Notes: generated by a model from the sequence alone, not told the origin. Counted from the first letter of the stretch, positions 13,478-26,039 are shown. The stretch is DNA of 64,000 nucleotides from Octopus sinensis (GCF_006345805.1 NC_042997.1:136648001-136712000), one strand, 5' to 3'. Numbers and translations are program-made.

Positions 13478-13759
13478 TGTACTAATATGAATAAAGGTAA
13501 TATATAAAGAAAATTCATTGCTGGAATGAGAAGTTTAATAAATCTAAATTTATAGGTAAATATTCCCTCAGTAACATCACAATAAATAAAAATTGGATTA
13601 AGAGAAATATTACTCTAAGCACCAAGGAAGGATGAAATTATTATTAGTAAAACAATTGAAAGCATATCCCAATGTCTGTCTGTCTCATATACATACATAC
13701 ATACATACATAATTTCTGAACAAGTGACTTTGAAGTTCGACCTTATATATGCCCAACTT

Positions 13760-15170
13760 TTCTTTGTCATATATGCACACCTATGTTGCACATTCAGTGG
13801 AGCATACTAGCTTCATTCCTCTCCAGTTTATGTATGCTATCTGCATTCAGGGCCCATGTCTCACTGCCATGGAGCATAGGCATTCATACACAAGCATCAT
13901 ATAATCTGTCTTTCACTCTAAGAGAGGGGCCTTTTGTTATCAACAGAAGTAATAGCTCTCTAAATATCCATCCTATTCTTATTCTAGCAACAATACTTTC
14001 AGAACATCCTCCACCACTACTAATCTGCTCGCCTAAATAACAGAAACTATCTACAACTTCAACGGAGCCTCCTGGGCACTAGAGAGAGTCTAATTCCCAT
14101 GTGGCCTTAGTGCTTATTGTTCCTGTGCATCAGCCACATACAAAGACGACTTTTCCAGTTAACCTGTCTGTGATTCCACTGCACTTCTTATATATCCATA
14201 ACTTGCAGTGGATGCAACAAAAGGAATTTCTTCCAACACCTTTCCCATATATTGAGCAGAACTATTTACCTGATGGAAAGAGTCTTATCCACTTTCTTGC
14301 TAACAAGAAGTTTGGTCTTTACTAGATAAATTTTAAGGCCCTTTGATTCCAGGTTTCGCTTCCATACCTGGAATTTCTTCTCCAGTTCTGCTATAAGAGC
14401 AAGGTCATCAGAATACAGCACTTCCCAATTTTAAATACTTCTGTTATGGCCGGGAGGGTTATGATGAATAAGAGGGGACTGAGAACTAAACCCTGGTGAA
14501 CTCCTACTTGTACACAAAATTTGTCACTGTACTCATGGCCAATTCTCACCTTACTGACAATATCACTATACATGGCTTATACATCTCTAACAAGCCACTC
14601 ATCTACTAACTTTCTTAGAGACCACCAGATAAAAGAGCAAGAGACTCTGTCAAAAGTTTTCTCCAGTTTGACAAAAGGCAAGTACAATAGTTTAATTTAG
14701 ATCAGATACATCTGCAACTGTCTCATTAGGAACATGGCATCTGTAGTACACTTTCCAGGTAGAAAATCAAACTGTATCTCATCTAGGTTAATTTTATTCC
14801 TAATCAATTAAGCTATAACTCTCTCTGTAACTTTTAGGACCTGGTCCAACAGTTTGATACATCTGTAGTTGTTTCTAATTAAGGCATCACCTTTACCCTT
14901 GTCGTAGCTAACTATATCCTACTCCAGATATTTAAAGTACCTCAGCAGTTATTCTTGTTGGTCCAAGAGCTTTCCCTGTCTTCATATCTTTACTTGCCTT
15001 ATTTATCATACTGCTGTCAACTCTGATGACTGGTCCCTCAGTTCTATATTTGAAAGACTCTCCTTTTCCAATGCATTTTCCACACTTAGCAACCTTTCAT
15101 AGCAGCACTTACATGCATTTTTCTTCTCTGAGTCATTAAATGCAAGTATTCTAATTATCTATTTGCACAT
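13760..15170 (-). mobile_element. Degenerate RTE-clade LINE RT fragment
   Basis: ORF 14391-14573 VQVGVHQGLVLSPLLFII (RT motif); homologous to 8.9-10.4 kb in the opposite orientation. Confidence 0.8.
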
Positions 15171-17340
15171 GTACCACAACCGGCTCTGCATCATCACCGC
15201 AACTTCTGAATACAGTATTTCAACTATCGAGTACAATTGAATACAAATTGGTGTTCATCAACCTTGTGTCTATGAACTTACGTCTCACTTCGATGGCTAT
15301 AGACTCTTTCACTGTCTTTTCTTCATCGCCATCCTTGTATGTTCTTAACATGCATACATCTATGCCTACATACACACGCATACATCTTATTTTTATGACG
15401 GCATGTCTATTATTCTGTATATATGATGCACACACAATCACACATGTTAATATATCAATAAATCTTCTCTTAAACATTCTATCCGGTTGAGTCTCTTATT
15501 TCCCTCTGACACATACATGAATTATTCTATTTATATTTATTGTATCGATTGTGTGATGTACTAAGGAGCCATTCCCATCACCTCGCTTCGCACGGACGTC
15601 ACAAATCGGCGATCCGTTCCAGCTCCTTGAAACCACAAAACAATTATAATGGGGGGAAATACTCCACAGGTATCTAAACTTTCAATTCCATTATATAGAC
15701 AACATGCCCAAACTTTTCTAGCAGATAGCTTGGTAAAGTGAGATACGCTAGATTAAAGCATTCTTCCCAGACACAACAAAACACAAGTACAATATTTAAA
15801 GTCAAGATTATAAGTATAGTATTACGTTTGTTAAAAATGAAAGCTATCATTTCGACGACCCCCAAATACGAGTGGCCGAACAATAAGTAAATAGCAATCA
15901 AATAGCACTCGAATCACATCGTAACATCTTTTATGGAAAACATATTAAATGCTGTAGTCATAGTTATCCTTGAAATGACCCGATGGTCACGGCTTGGACT
16001 AATTTTGACCATTCATTCATCGGTCTCTGTGAGCAGGGTTGACATGGTGCTAAACAACTATGTTATAGTTAGACTGTCATCTTGTGGAGATGGTATTTAT
16101 CTCCCTTACTTTTCTTTTGCCGAGTCATTGTAAAATAGTAAATTATTGCTTCCTTGCTGTGAGGCATTTATTTCAAGTGCACCTACTAGAGTTAATTTAA
16201 TAAATATTATATGACGAAAAAATATTTTCTCCTTCAAAAGAAAAAAGATGTTATTTTAACAGAATTTAAATAAATTCAAATCAAAATTGTTTTTTATTAT
16301 AACTACTGTGTGAGTTATTTTTAAAGAATATTTATAGATTTACGATAAATTGCTCGATATGTTTTTACGTTAAAAATTCATTTCCTACCTATGACCATTA
16401 GCTAACAAGCATTGAAATAGCTCGTTTAGATGCGGAGTAAACTATAAGATAAAATAACTAGCTTATATTACGGACATTAGTTACCAAGGAATTCTGAAAT
16501 TCCGTTTCAAAGAAACTCTTTAACTCTTTCATGTTATCTAAAATCACCTTAATTCATCAACAGTCATTCTGAGTGGCGAGCAAAGAAGACAAATTATTCC
16601 AGGTAAACTGATTCTGTCGTCCAGTTTATTATCTCATTTGTAGCCTTTTCATTTCATTTAAAATGTCCTTGAGAAAGGCATGCACAGCACACATTTACTA
16701 AACATAAGCGCGTGTAGCTATTTTACAGCGTCTTTTCATGTCTTTTATTAATTTTTCATTTTCTGAAAAGCAGGGCTTAATGTCAGATATTTGACAGTAG
16801 CAATGAGCGTAAATAGATTAGTAATTTATTTTATAGTATAATTCGGATACAAGTAGTATTATTCAATCTAGGACATTTCGTTTGAAAATACGCCGGAGTA
16901 ATTTCCGTAAGAAATATTCCGAGAGAAATCTTTAAAGTTTTTTTGGGGGGTTTTGGGGGTTTTTTTTTTTATCAGATGAGATTACAAATCTAAGGAATTA
17001 AAAATATAGACATAAGATTTCGTTTAAAATTATCCATTTCTTAACTATCGAATATTGCACAGCACACAGGTAATAAATACAGATGTCTTAAAAAGGTAGT
17101 TGAAAAAATATTTTTAGCCAGCTAGAAAGTATAAGCATTTTCTACATACATAACAAACTCGTCTGTGTTGTGGACATATATATGTTTACAAACAAACACA
17201 CTTATGAATGTTGTCAATTTTCACGTTGGTTCTTGGCCGTGTGTGTATTTGACAGTTGCATGGACGAGCAGTTAGATCGTTAACGCAGATAGATACCTGT
17301 AGCGGCGATATATGAGTTTAGCTATCGGTGTGAGACTTAC

Positions 17341-17431
17341 CTAATAAAGGCATTGAAAGAGCTGTGGCCATTCCTTTGGATAAATCATAAATGTAGACTT
17401 CAACTTTGTGTTCATCTTCGCTTTGGGCCAT
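17341..17431 (-). CDS. DESI1: DeSI1/PPPDE peptidase, coding exon 1 (MAQSEDEHKVEVYIYDLSKGMATALSMPLL-G)
   Basis: ATG at 17431. Translation resembles the DeSI1 N-terminus ([22 protein letters not shown] in human). Ends at a GTAAGT donor, phase 1, 91 nt. Confidence 0.93.
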
Positions 17432-17640
17432 CGTCTATAGCTCTGCGTGTGCTCGAGTGTGTCGCAAACAGATTAACGTAAGAGAGCGATGTAAACGGTG
17501 CGTCGTAGTCGTCGTATTCATGTCGAGGCTTTTTCCAGCTGAAGGAAGAAGGAAGATCTTTTCAATAATGGTGTGGGCGAGACCGCTGGAGCAGTCATCG
17601 TATTACAATATATAGATTCTTGTTGTGCCTAACTAGCTTA
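17432..17640 (-). promoter_or_regulatory. CpG-retaining 5'UTR/promoter region of DESI1
   Basis: Dense CpG immediately upstream of the ATG. The TSS cannot be determined from sequence. Confidence 0.45.
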
Positions 17641-18099
17641 TCGAACACAGAACGGGCCTTATAGATTAACTTTTACTTGTTTATATATTATTTTTCGTTA
17701 ATACCTGCAGGAACTCTTTAGGATTTTTTTTTTTTTAATTTATGAACGAAATATTTATCTGCACACGTAATTGTATTATGAGATACGTACATGATATGAC
17801 TTAGCAATTTTGAAAATTATTATTGTCAGTGACGAAATGTGTATGTATGTGTATGTAATTAAGTATACTAGTAGACTTTGTATAAAACCATTCTACTGAC
17901 CAAGAAAGAAAGCTATGAACAAACGCTTGTACATAACAAAAGTATGACAGTAAGATACCAGCTTACTTGAAATAACTAATTATTGATATATGTCACTCAA
18001 ATCGATATTGTTGAAAACGGATTAGTTTATTTTGTTAGAATCAATAAAGTACTTCGATGTTTTTGTTTTATTCTTTCGTTTTGGTCTTTTTCTTTAATT

Positions 18100-21000
18100 G
18101 TATGAGTCTCAATGAAGTGATAGTGTTCATAACTTTCGCAAGCCATTCGAGACCGGGGAGATTGATGCCGTTAATACACTTGCGGGAAAGACAAGACCTG
18201 AGAAAATAATCTAGAGGATCGATGCTCTGGGGAGGAAGGACTGGATACAGTGATTGGTGAGTAGGGCGGAGAGGTCGGATGCAATACAAGTGACGAGAGC
18301 TGGCGAAACGACAGGGCCGAGAGTACCTAAATGGTGAAAGTACAAAGTCTCCTAACTCCGAGAAACAACAACTGTTATATTAGCAATAGGGAAAACGAAA
18401 GAGACAGCGTGCCGGTTAGTGAGTATATGCCAATAGTTGAGTGGCCATTCAGGATGTCTGCGAATGTAGTGACAGCACCGTCCCAGATGTAGGAACCGTA
18501 TTCCTTGAAGTCCTCACTTGAGCCTTATAGTGTTAGCTGTTGTTTGGGAGCGAAATATTTTCTGACCCAGAAGAGAAGGACCAGTTTTCGGGGTGAGGTC
18601 CTAACAATGCTAAGGATGTGATTTCGTCGGGAGTGATCCTTAATGTTAGTGATGCACAGCATTTGGAATAACCGTGGGGATTTAGCTGAGTGCCATTCAC
18701 GTTTAGTGGTGGAACATTTTTCCATTCATCACACATTATCTTCACTTCAGACTGACCGCGTTTGCTTGAAAGCTTCCTTGGGATGATTAGATTTTCAAGA
18801 TGTACAGCAAGAGCCAATCCTTCTAATTTGTCAGGCATTTTACGCCAAACAATAAAATGTATGGCCCATAATCACCTTGTCGTCACCAAAACAAGAATGC
18901 ACTGCAGTGTCTTAAATTTTCTTAATTTTTTTTTCTGCAATTCTCGGAAAGGGAGACGGAGTGTTGCGAAAAGCCGACGACAGTTACTGAAATACAGGAA
19001 GCGATGGCTGGTTGCACAAGGAGCAAAACCATTTGATTTGGATGATCTACACTACGAGCTTTACGGTAGTGACTTCTTAGTAGACATCTACTGCAATTGA
19101 GGGCCGAACGGGAAAATCCCCAATTCTCTAAGCAGAGGAGCGTTTGTGTTACTGAAAAAGGACTCCGACAAGGGAGACCACATTTCAGCCCATAACTCTG
19201 CTATGCGCAAATGTCAAGGTTTTGTTCAAAGTGTTAGCGAAGAAGTTGGCATTTGTCGATAGCAAATATGTATAATCTCGAACAGACCACTAACTCGTAT
19301 TATACATCATAGGAGTAGAGTGAGGGCAAGGAGCCTTGCACGAGTGCGGTTCTGATAAACACAGACACACAATTATGTCGCACTCACGGACACACACTCT
19401 GCTACCCACATGTCAACACCTGAATAAAACCTTTCTCTTAAACATTACGACTGTGTCGTCTCTCTCATTCCTTTTGGCACTCTTATTCATTTATCCATAT
19501 TTTGGCTTTTATTGTGTGTTTAAAGGAGTCATTCATTCGTCACCAATTCCTTTCGTACGGTCGTTCTACAGGGTCAACAATCAACGCTTGGCAGCTAACT
19601 ACTATTGATTTTAATTCCCCTCTTCTGGGGTTAGATTACTGCAGTGAACAGCAACATCTGCTCGATGATTTGGGTGAATGGTCAACTATCAGAACAATTC
19701 CGTATCATGCACTCGGCCCGTCAAATTTAACCCCTCTCGTATCTTCTGCATGTAGTAACTCTTGAGCCGCTATTGCAGAAACGAGACGTCATGATAGCTA
19801 GTCTCACACAAAAATGGGCCGAGAAAATGCTATCTCTGAAAGACAGAGTAGAGATAGCGAATGTCTACTTCATTTCTGTCATCTGTTAACCGTCTAATCT
19901 TCGTGCCTCGCCTCAGTTCACGTCTGACCATACTGGAACGTCTGCTATTCTTTTTGTAGAAGGGACATGTTCTACTGTTTCACTGGCCACTGAAGGCGCT
20001 CCATTTGCAATCAATATTCGTCGTGCGGAAGACTGGGTATACCGTGGCTGATCTGTTTGTCATATTCGTTTTTCCACCGCTCGTATTTTGGATTGAACTG
20101 CAGTCTTGGAGTCAAGCAAAGACCGACATTCAGAATGTTATCAAGCGCTCGTAGCCAGTTGGGTTCCCCCAGTCAAGCTCTACCAGTTGGACAATGTGTT
20201 CGGTGAAAGTTCTACGTTAGCGCTCTATAGATTATTAGGGGCGATCAAAAGCAACAATGTTCTCAGAAATACTCTGGACGTCAATAGAAATTACCTGGCT
20301 GGCTGGCTGGCTGGTTTGTTCCGGAGAATTTTCGGACAGGGGCTCATGAATGATTTCCAGAAAGCCTTGGCCTGACGGCACTACTGGTTGAGTATCGTTT
20401 CGAGATGACTCTAAAGGTACGAAAATACCGTCAGTCACACTTGTTCGAGATGCGCCGACCGGCGATCCCGTTCTGCATGCACTCGTCCAGTGTCCGACTT
20501 GTGGTAATATTTTTAAAACTTGCAGTGAAGTGTGGGAGGGATCTAGCTATTGGCTGAATCCATTGTGAAGATTGTCCAGTATCCTTCATTTAAACAAAAA
20601 GAACATGTAGTCCTTATCTGTTTGGTGAGTTTGGCGAAAGAAGTATGGCGGACGAGATTGAAAGAATTGAAGACAGGCACCTTACTCTTTAGCCAAGCCG
20701 TCATCGACTTTTTCTCAAGTTTCACTTTAAACGGAAAGTGAAAGTGAAAAGAGAATTGTTGACTTGCAGCAAATTTCGTGAAAGGTGGATGGAAGCGGTG
20801 AGCATGATCCGAGTGAACAACCTGCATTGAGCATGTGCCTGTAGATTAGAGGAGGACAACTAGAAGAGGACATTTGCATTCGTGGTCAGGGTGACCGTAG
20901 TTTTAAGGAATTTCCGCTAATAACCCTTGAAGATCTCCCCCTTTTGGAGATTATTCATTGTTTGGAATTTATTGTTTCTTTGCTACTGTCATTTATTTTT

Positions 21001-21115
21001 CCACGCATGTTATATCCCATGTTGTATCGTCCAATACCATCCCAAATGTTTTGTGAACTATTCAGGCCTTGTGTTTATAGGCCTATAGTAGAAAGAACTA
21101 TTATTATTATTATTT
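18100..21115 (+). mobile_element. Old degenerate Tx1-clade LINE ending in (TAT)n
   Basis: Segments at 19130-19260 and 19800-20830 parallel the young Tx1 ORF2 at 47-52 kb (GAxxLLKKD..KGD...PITLL, C-terminal C-x2-C region). 3'UTR ends ttcaggccttgtg..gcctatagtagaaag(tat)n. The 5' limit is approximate. Confidence 0.7.
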
Positions 21116-21285
21116 CGCTTGTGCATGCTGCTTTAGTTAACAGATATTTTATCTTGAGGTTTAGCAACAACAAGTCTCCTCAAATCTCAAAAATCTTTCT
21201 TAAAATTCTTGCAGAATACAGGATGGTACTTTTCTGCAGGTTAACCATCGAGTTTCAATTCTATAGTAGTAGTAGTAGTGGTGGT

Positions 21286-21318
<33 letters not shown>

Positions 21319-21333
21319 AGTAGTAGTAGTAGT

Positions 21334-21371
<38 letters not shown>

Positions 21372-21698
21372 TAGTAGCACCACAACCACCCTATTTACCA
21401 TTACGTTATAAATATTTTGATTTTTAAAAATTTCGTTTTTTATGAGGGTGACCTTCTCACTCCGATTTTCTAGTGTAGAGTTACCTCCCCTATTACAAAC
21501 ACCACTTTAATTATGAAGAGAATACGGAAGAAAAACATCAAAATAGCAACGACTTTCTAAAAATAGCATCCAAATTTCCTTCATATCATACTACCATAAC
21601 AAAGGAAAAGATACAACGCAGTGCTTGATACACTACACCCGGAAAAATGTCACCGCTGAGAGCCACTGCCTGATACTGTATCAGTATTATCATCATCA

Positions 21699-21742
<44 letters not shown>

Positions 21743-21744
<2 letters not shown>

Positions 21745-22735
21745 GGCATCTAGCTGGTGGAATCGTTAGCACGCCGGGCGAAATCGGATCTTTTCCTTTT
21801 GAACGGCAGTTTTCAACACAATTTCTAGTTAACTAAATAAACACTTTTAAACTTCGTATACTGGTAGAATGTGTCAAAATAAAACATTTTTTTCTCTTGG
21901 CTTTCTTGAGAAATTGTAATTTGTAAGTTTAACGTAGTTTAATTTTTCGAATTTCAACCAATCCTATGCCCTCTATTGAGCTAAAATCATTTGCTACGTC
22001 TAAAACAGACAACATCCTGTCACTAACCCTCACCCTAACCCTAACCCTAAATTTAGCCTTTCGTTTTTTTTTCTTAATTGTTAAATTAATTTAAGGATAA
22101 TAAAGAAAAAAAAACGAAAGGCTAAAACGAAAGCAATGGAAAATAATTTTAATTTAACAATTAAGAAAATAACGAAAGGCTAAAACGAAAGCAAAAACTC
22201 AAAACAAAAACAAAACGAATAATTTGACACACGCGTAACAATTAAATTAATTTAACAATTAAGGAAAAAAAACCAAAGGCTAAAATTTAGGGTTAGGGTT
22301 AGGGTGAGGGTTAAGGTTAGTGACAGGATGTTGTCTCGGTTTTAGACGCAGCAAATGATTTTAGCTCAATAGAGGGCATAGGATTGATTAAAATTCGAAA
22401 GATTAAACTACGTTAAACTTACAAATTACAATTTTCTCAAGAAAACCAAGAGAAAAAAATGTTTTATTTTGACACATTCTACCAGTATACGAAGTTTAAA
22501 AGTGTTTAGTTAACTAGAAATTGTGTTGAAAACTGCCGTTCAAAAGGAATAGATCATCGAAATCTTTAGCGGTATTTCGTCTGCATCTACGTTCCGAGTT
22601 CAAATTCCACCGAGGTCGACTTTGCTTTTCATCCTTTCGGGGCCGATAAATTAAGTACCAGTGAAACACTGGGGTCGATGTAATCGACTAGTTCCCTTCC
22701 CCAAAATTTCAGGCCTTGTGCCTAGAATAGAAAGG
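21743..22735 (+). mobile_element. SINE family 2 (tail A) split by a MULE-like foldback element
   Basis: Head taaggc..agctgg..gaatcgttagcacgccgggcgaaatc resumes at 22557; preceded by (ATT)n. Confidence 0.8.
21786..22556. mobile_element. Foldback Mutator-like MITE with ~290-bp inverted arms containing (CCCTAA)n
   Basis: Arms begin GGATCTTTT..TTTGAACGGCAGTTTT; duplicated flank cgaaatc; same terminus as the 39.5, 40.8 and 62.8 kb copies. Confidence 0.85.
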
Positions 22736-22736
22736 C

Positions 22737-22950
22737 TAAGGCAGCGAGCTTGCAGAATCGTTAACACGCCGGGCAAAATGCTTAGCGATATTTCGTCCGT
22801 TTTTATGTTCTGAGTTCAAATTCTGCCGAGGTCGGCTTTGCCTTTCATCCTTTCGGGGTCGATAAATTAAATACCAGTTGCATACTGGGGTAATCGACTT
22901 ATACCCTCCCCACAAATTTCAGGCCTTGTGCCTATTATAGAAAAGGTTAT
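22737..22950 (+). mobile_element. SINE family 2 (tail A), tandem second copy
   Basis: B box GAGTTCAAATTC; body gcctttcatcctttcggggtcgataaa; tail ttcaggccttgtgcct..tagaaaagg(tta)n. Confidence 0.85.
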
Positions 22951-23250
22951 TATTATTATCTCCGCCTTAGCGAAGGCGGGGGTATTGTTTCAGTCGCGTT
23001 TGCTTGTTTATCCGTGGACAAGATATTTCAAAAACCGCTGGATAGATTCAGATGAAACTTTCAGGGATGTTTGGCCTCATGACTGGCAAGAACTGATTAG
23101 ATTTTAGGATCGATCCAATAGTGGACAAGGATTCTGGATTATTCTTCCGGATTTTTTACTTAATTTTTGAGAGCGATCGGGTTCATTTTCAGATTCTTGT
23201 TTGTGAGAGCAGTCGAGTTTATTTCAGATATTTTCTGTAGACCATCTTTT
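22950..23250 (+). mobile_element. DINE-1/HINE-like non-autonomous Helitron-type repeat (partial)
   Basis: 5' hairpin ctccgcc-ttagcgaa-ggcgggg followed by a tttg/tgtc microsatellite-like tract and gatgaaacttt core, typical of such elements. Confidence 0.5.
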
Positions 23251-23604
23251 GTACCAAGACAAAACAATGTACATAGTAACACTTCCAATCAGTTAAGAGA
23301 GCCAGTGTATGGTACTGCATCAGGGCATTATTGTGTGCACGTGCGCGCAAGTAAGAACATACAAACTGACAATCAGTTTTCATTTTCTGCGTGTGTGTGG
23401 GTGGGTGCGTGAGAGGGTGTGTGTATGTGTGTGTGAGAGAGAGAGAGAAAGAAAGTGTGTGTGTGTGTGTGCGAGTGTGTGCGAGTGTGTGTGTGTGTGA
23501 GCGTGTGTGTGCGCACGTGTGTGAGCGTGTGTGTATGTGTGTGTGTGAGAGAGAGAGAGAGTGTGTGTGTGTGTGTGTGTGTGTGTAACATGATGTAAAT
23601 ATAG

Positions 23605-24403
23605 ATATGAGGACTGTTGCCATAGTAACGAAACTAAAGCACGTAGAGTAAAGCTGCTTGGTACAGATTGATCTTGAACTCTGCTGTGCATGCGCACTAA
23701 GTTTTAATGTTCTAGCTCACTTCCGCTGTTTACAGCAGTACTTGGAAGGAAGGTGTGTAGTGTGTGATTGTTGCATTGACCATGACATAGAAAGTTGTCA
23801 TGGCGATACCTGCTCAGGGGCCAATGCAAAGTTGCAGAAAGTGTATGGAGAGGAATAAATGAGCCTCGCACAAGTGTACGAATGGTTCAGACGTTTCCAA
23901 GATGGCCGAAAAATGTCGATATTGTCGAACGTTCTGGGAGACTCACAAGCAGCTGAATTGAGGAAAACATCGCAGATTTGCGTGCAGCTGTGAGGGGAAA
24001 TCATCGAATCACCATCCGTGAATTATCAGAGGATGTGCAGATTAGTTACAGTGCAGTTCAATCCATTATCACTGAAGATTTGGGTATGAGACGCGTGTCT
24101 GCCTAGTTTGTGCCAAAACTGCTTTCATCTGACTAAAAAGACAGTCGGCTTTTAATTGCACAAAATCTCCTTGATTTTGTCGAGAACGATGGTAACTTTT
24201 TGAAAACTTTGCGTAGGCCTCGCCAAGCTTTTGGCAAAATCTGATGCAGATTCTCTGCTCCACTTTCTCTGTCATGGTCAATGCGACGATCACATGCTAC
24301 ACACCTTCCTTCTAAGCACTGCTATAAACAGCGGAAGAATGTTAAATCTGTAAAACTTAGTGCGTATGCACTTACTTCAATCTGTGCGAAGCAGCTTTAC
24401 TTT
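23605..24403. mobile_element. Mariner derivative with two convergent copies of the 5' end
   Basis: + strand encodes degraded HTH (AKLQKVYGEE..VYEWFRRFQDGR) up to the VPKLL motif. The - strand arm (24210-24403) repeats the 5'UTR and MTEKVEQRICIRFCQKLG. Confidence 0.75.
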
Positions 24404-24469
24404 ATATATATGTATATAACTTAAATAACTTGCATATGTTTCGACCAAAGATTGACCCAGGCCATGTCT

Positions 24470-24950
24470 ACACACACACACACACACATTCAGAAGCCTA
24501 TTTGACTACAACTACTAACAAACCTCCTCTTGTAATCACTGACCAAAAAGAAAACCTCTCGGCTTCTTAAAACTGACCAATTCTTCCCTGCTCTAACACT
24601 CGACTGACTCCCTTATCCCTCTTATTTTATTTTCATCATTCTCTCTCAAATGCCCTCTGTCTCTCTCTATCCTCGTATCTCTCTCTCGCTCTCCTTCTCC
24701 CTCTCCCCTCTCTCTTGCTCTCCTCCTTCCTCCTCTCTCTCTGTCGCTCTCTATATCTCTCTCTCTTTCTACAAACATTTTTGTCTCTCCAATTACTTCC
24801 CTTCTACACTTGCACAACTATTATGTTGTTCTCTATTGTATCCAAAAGCTCTCTTTCCTAGAAGAAGGATTTTATCCGAAACGTCGGAAACTCTTCTCCA
24901 AACTTTACCAATAATTAGTAATGAATTAATGTTTATGGAGACCTACGAAT
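24470..24950 (+). mobile_element. Penelope-like element 3' tail with degenerate hammerhead motif
   Basis: CT-rich tail and tttcc-tagaaga-aggattttatcc-gaaacgtc-ggaaa at ~24855-24890. Confidence 0.55.
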
Positions 24951-25203
24951 AATCCACAAATACTGTTAGAGCTATACGAACATTCCTTTATGTTTCTGTC
25001 ATTTGACTGTGGCTCTGAAGAGCCTAGTCGATCAAATCGACTCACCAAGTACATTCTTTAGTCTGGTGCTTGTTCTATGGGTAATTTTTTACCCTAAATT
25101 GTTAAGATATTAGAACTCGAGCAAAAACACTGCATGTCAAACGGCAGAACACACATAGATATAGACATACACAAATATACACACATATTTATGCGTGTGC
25201 GTG

Positions 25204-25261
<58 letters not shown>

Positions 25262-25370
25262 CATAAATGTATGTGTGTATATTTGTGTATGTGTATATCA
25301 TGTGACCGCGTGTGTATCGTTGGCGATTTTTCCTTCCGTCTTCCCTTCCTTGGATGTTTCCTTTTCCTAT

Positions 25371-25405
25371 GTTTCTGACGAAGAGCTCCACTCGAAACGT
25401 TAAAT
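25371..25405 (+). ncRNA. Minimal type I hammerhead ribozyme motif in a Penelope-type repeat (25310-25510)
   Basis: GUUU-CUGACGA-(A)GAG/CUC stem II-GAAA-C-GUU cleavage-AAAU; palindromic AACGUU stem III as in PLE dimeric hammerheads. Confidence 0.65.
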
Positions 25406-25505
25406 CCTCCTTCTTTCTTTCCTTTCCTGAGCGTCCAATAACACTATACTTGTTCCACATCCTCGCGTTGTTGTGTTTTTTCTTTGTGTTTTCATGTTTG
25501 GATTA

Positions 25506-25576
<71 letters not shown>

Positions 25577-25599
25577 TTTTGAAACTCGGGTACGTGTGT

Positions 25600-25635
<36 letters not shown>

Positions 25636-26039
25636 GTGGGCTTCAACGTAGTTTCCGTCCATCAAATTCCTTTATAACGCATTGATCAGTCAAGAGCTTT
25701 AATAGAAGACATTTACCTAAGGTGCTACGCAGTGGTATTGACCTCGAAACTACATTGTTGCAAAGCAAACTATTTAACTACAGTACAATTCCAGCGCCTC
25801 CTATATGGTTTCTAGTTTTCAATCGTTAATACCCATATACCCATTAACCTTCTATTTATTTATTTTATTTATTTTCTACATTCATTTATTTATCTTTTTA
25901 CTGTTATCAGTCACTGAACTACAACTACGCTACACATAGTTGATATTGTGATGAATATATGTTGTAACGAATATATACTGGAGACACTGAACCATTGCAG
26001 TGGCATTCAGAATAAATATTTGTCTTTAAAAAACATCAC

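Noticed and set aside
19310-19650. LTR-like insert within the old Tx1 (AATAAA, tgtgtcgtctctc)
   Set aside because: Could not identify TG...CA termini or a TSD.
21265-21380. 155-aa ORF 20944-21411 with Ser/Gly runs
   Set aside because: Derived from the Tx1 3'UTR plus a compound trinucleotide microsatellite.
22024-22050. Telomere or chromosome-fusion scar from facing CCCTAA/TTAGGG tracts
   Set aside because: Only 2-4 units, embedded in the inverted arms of a MITE present four times in the window.
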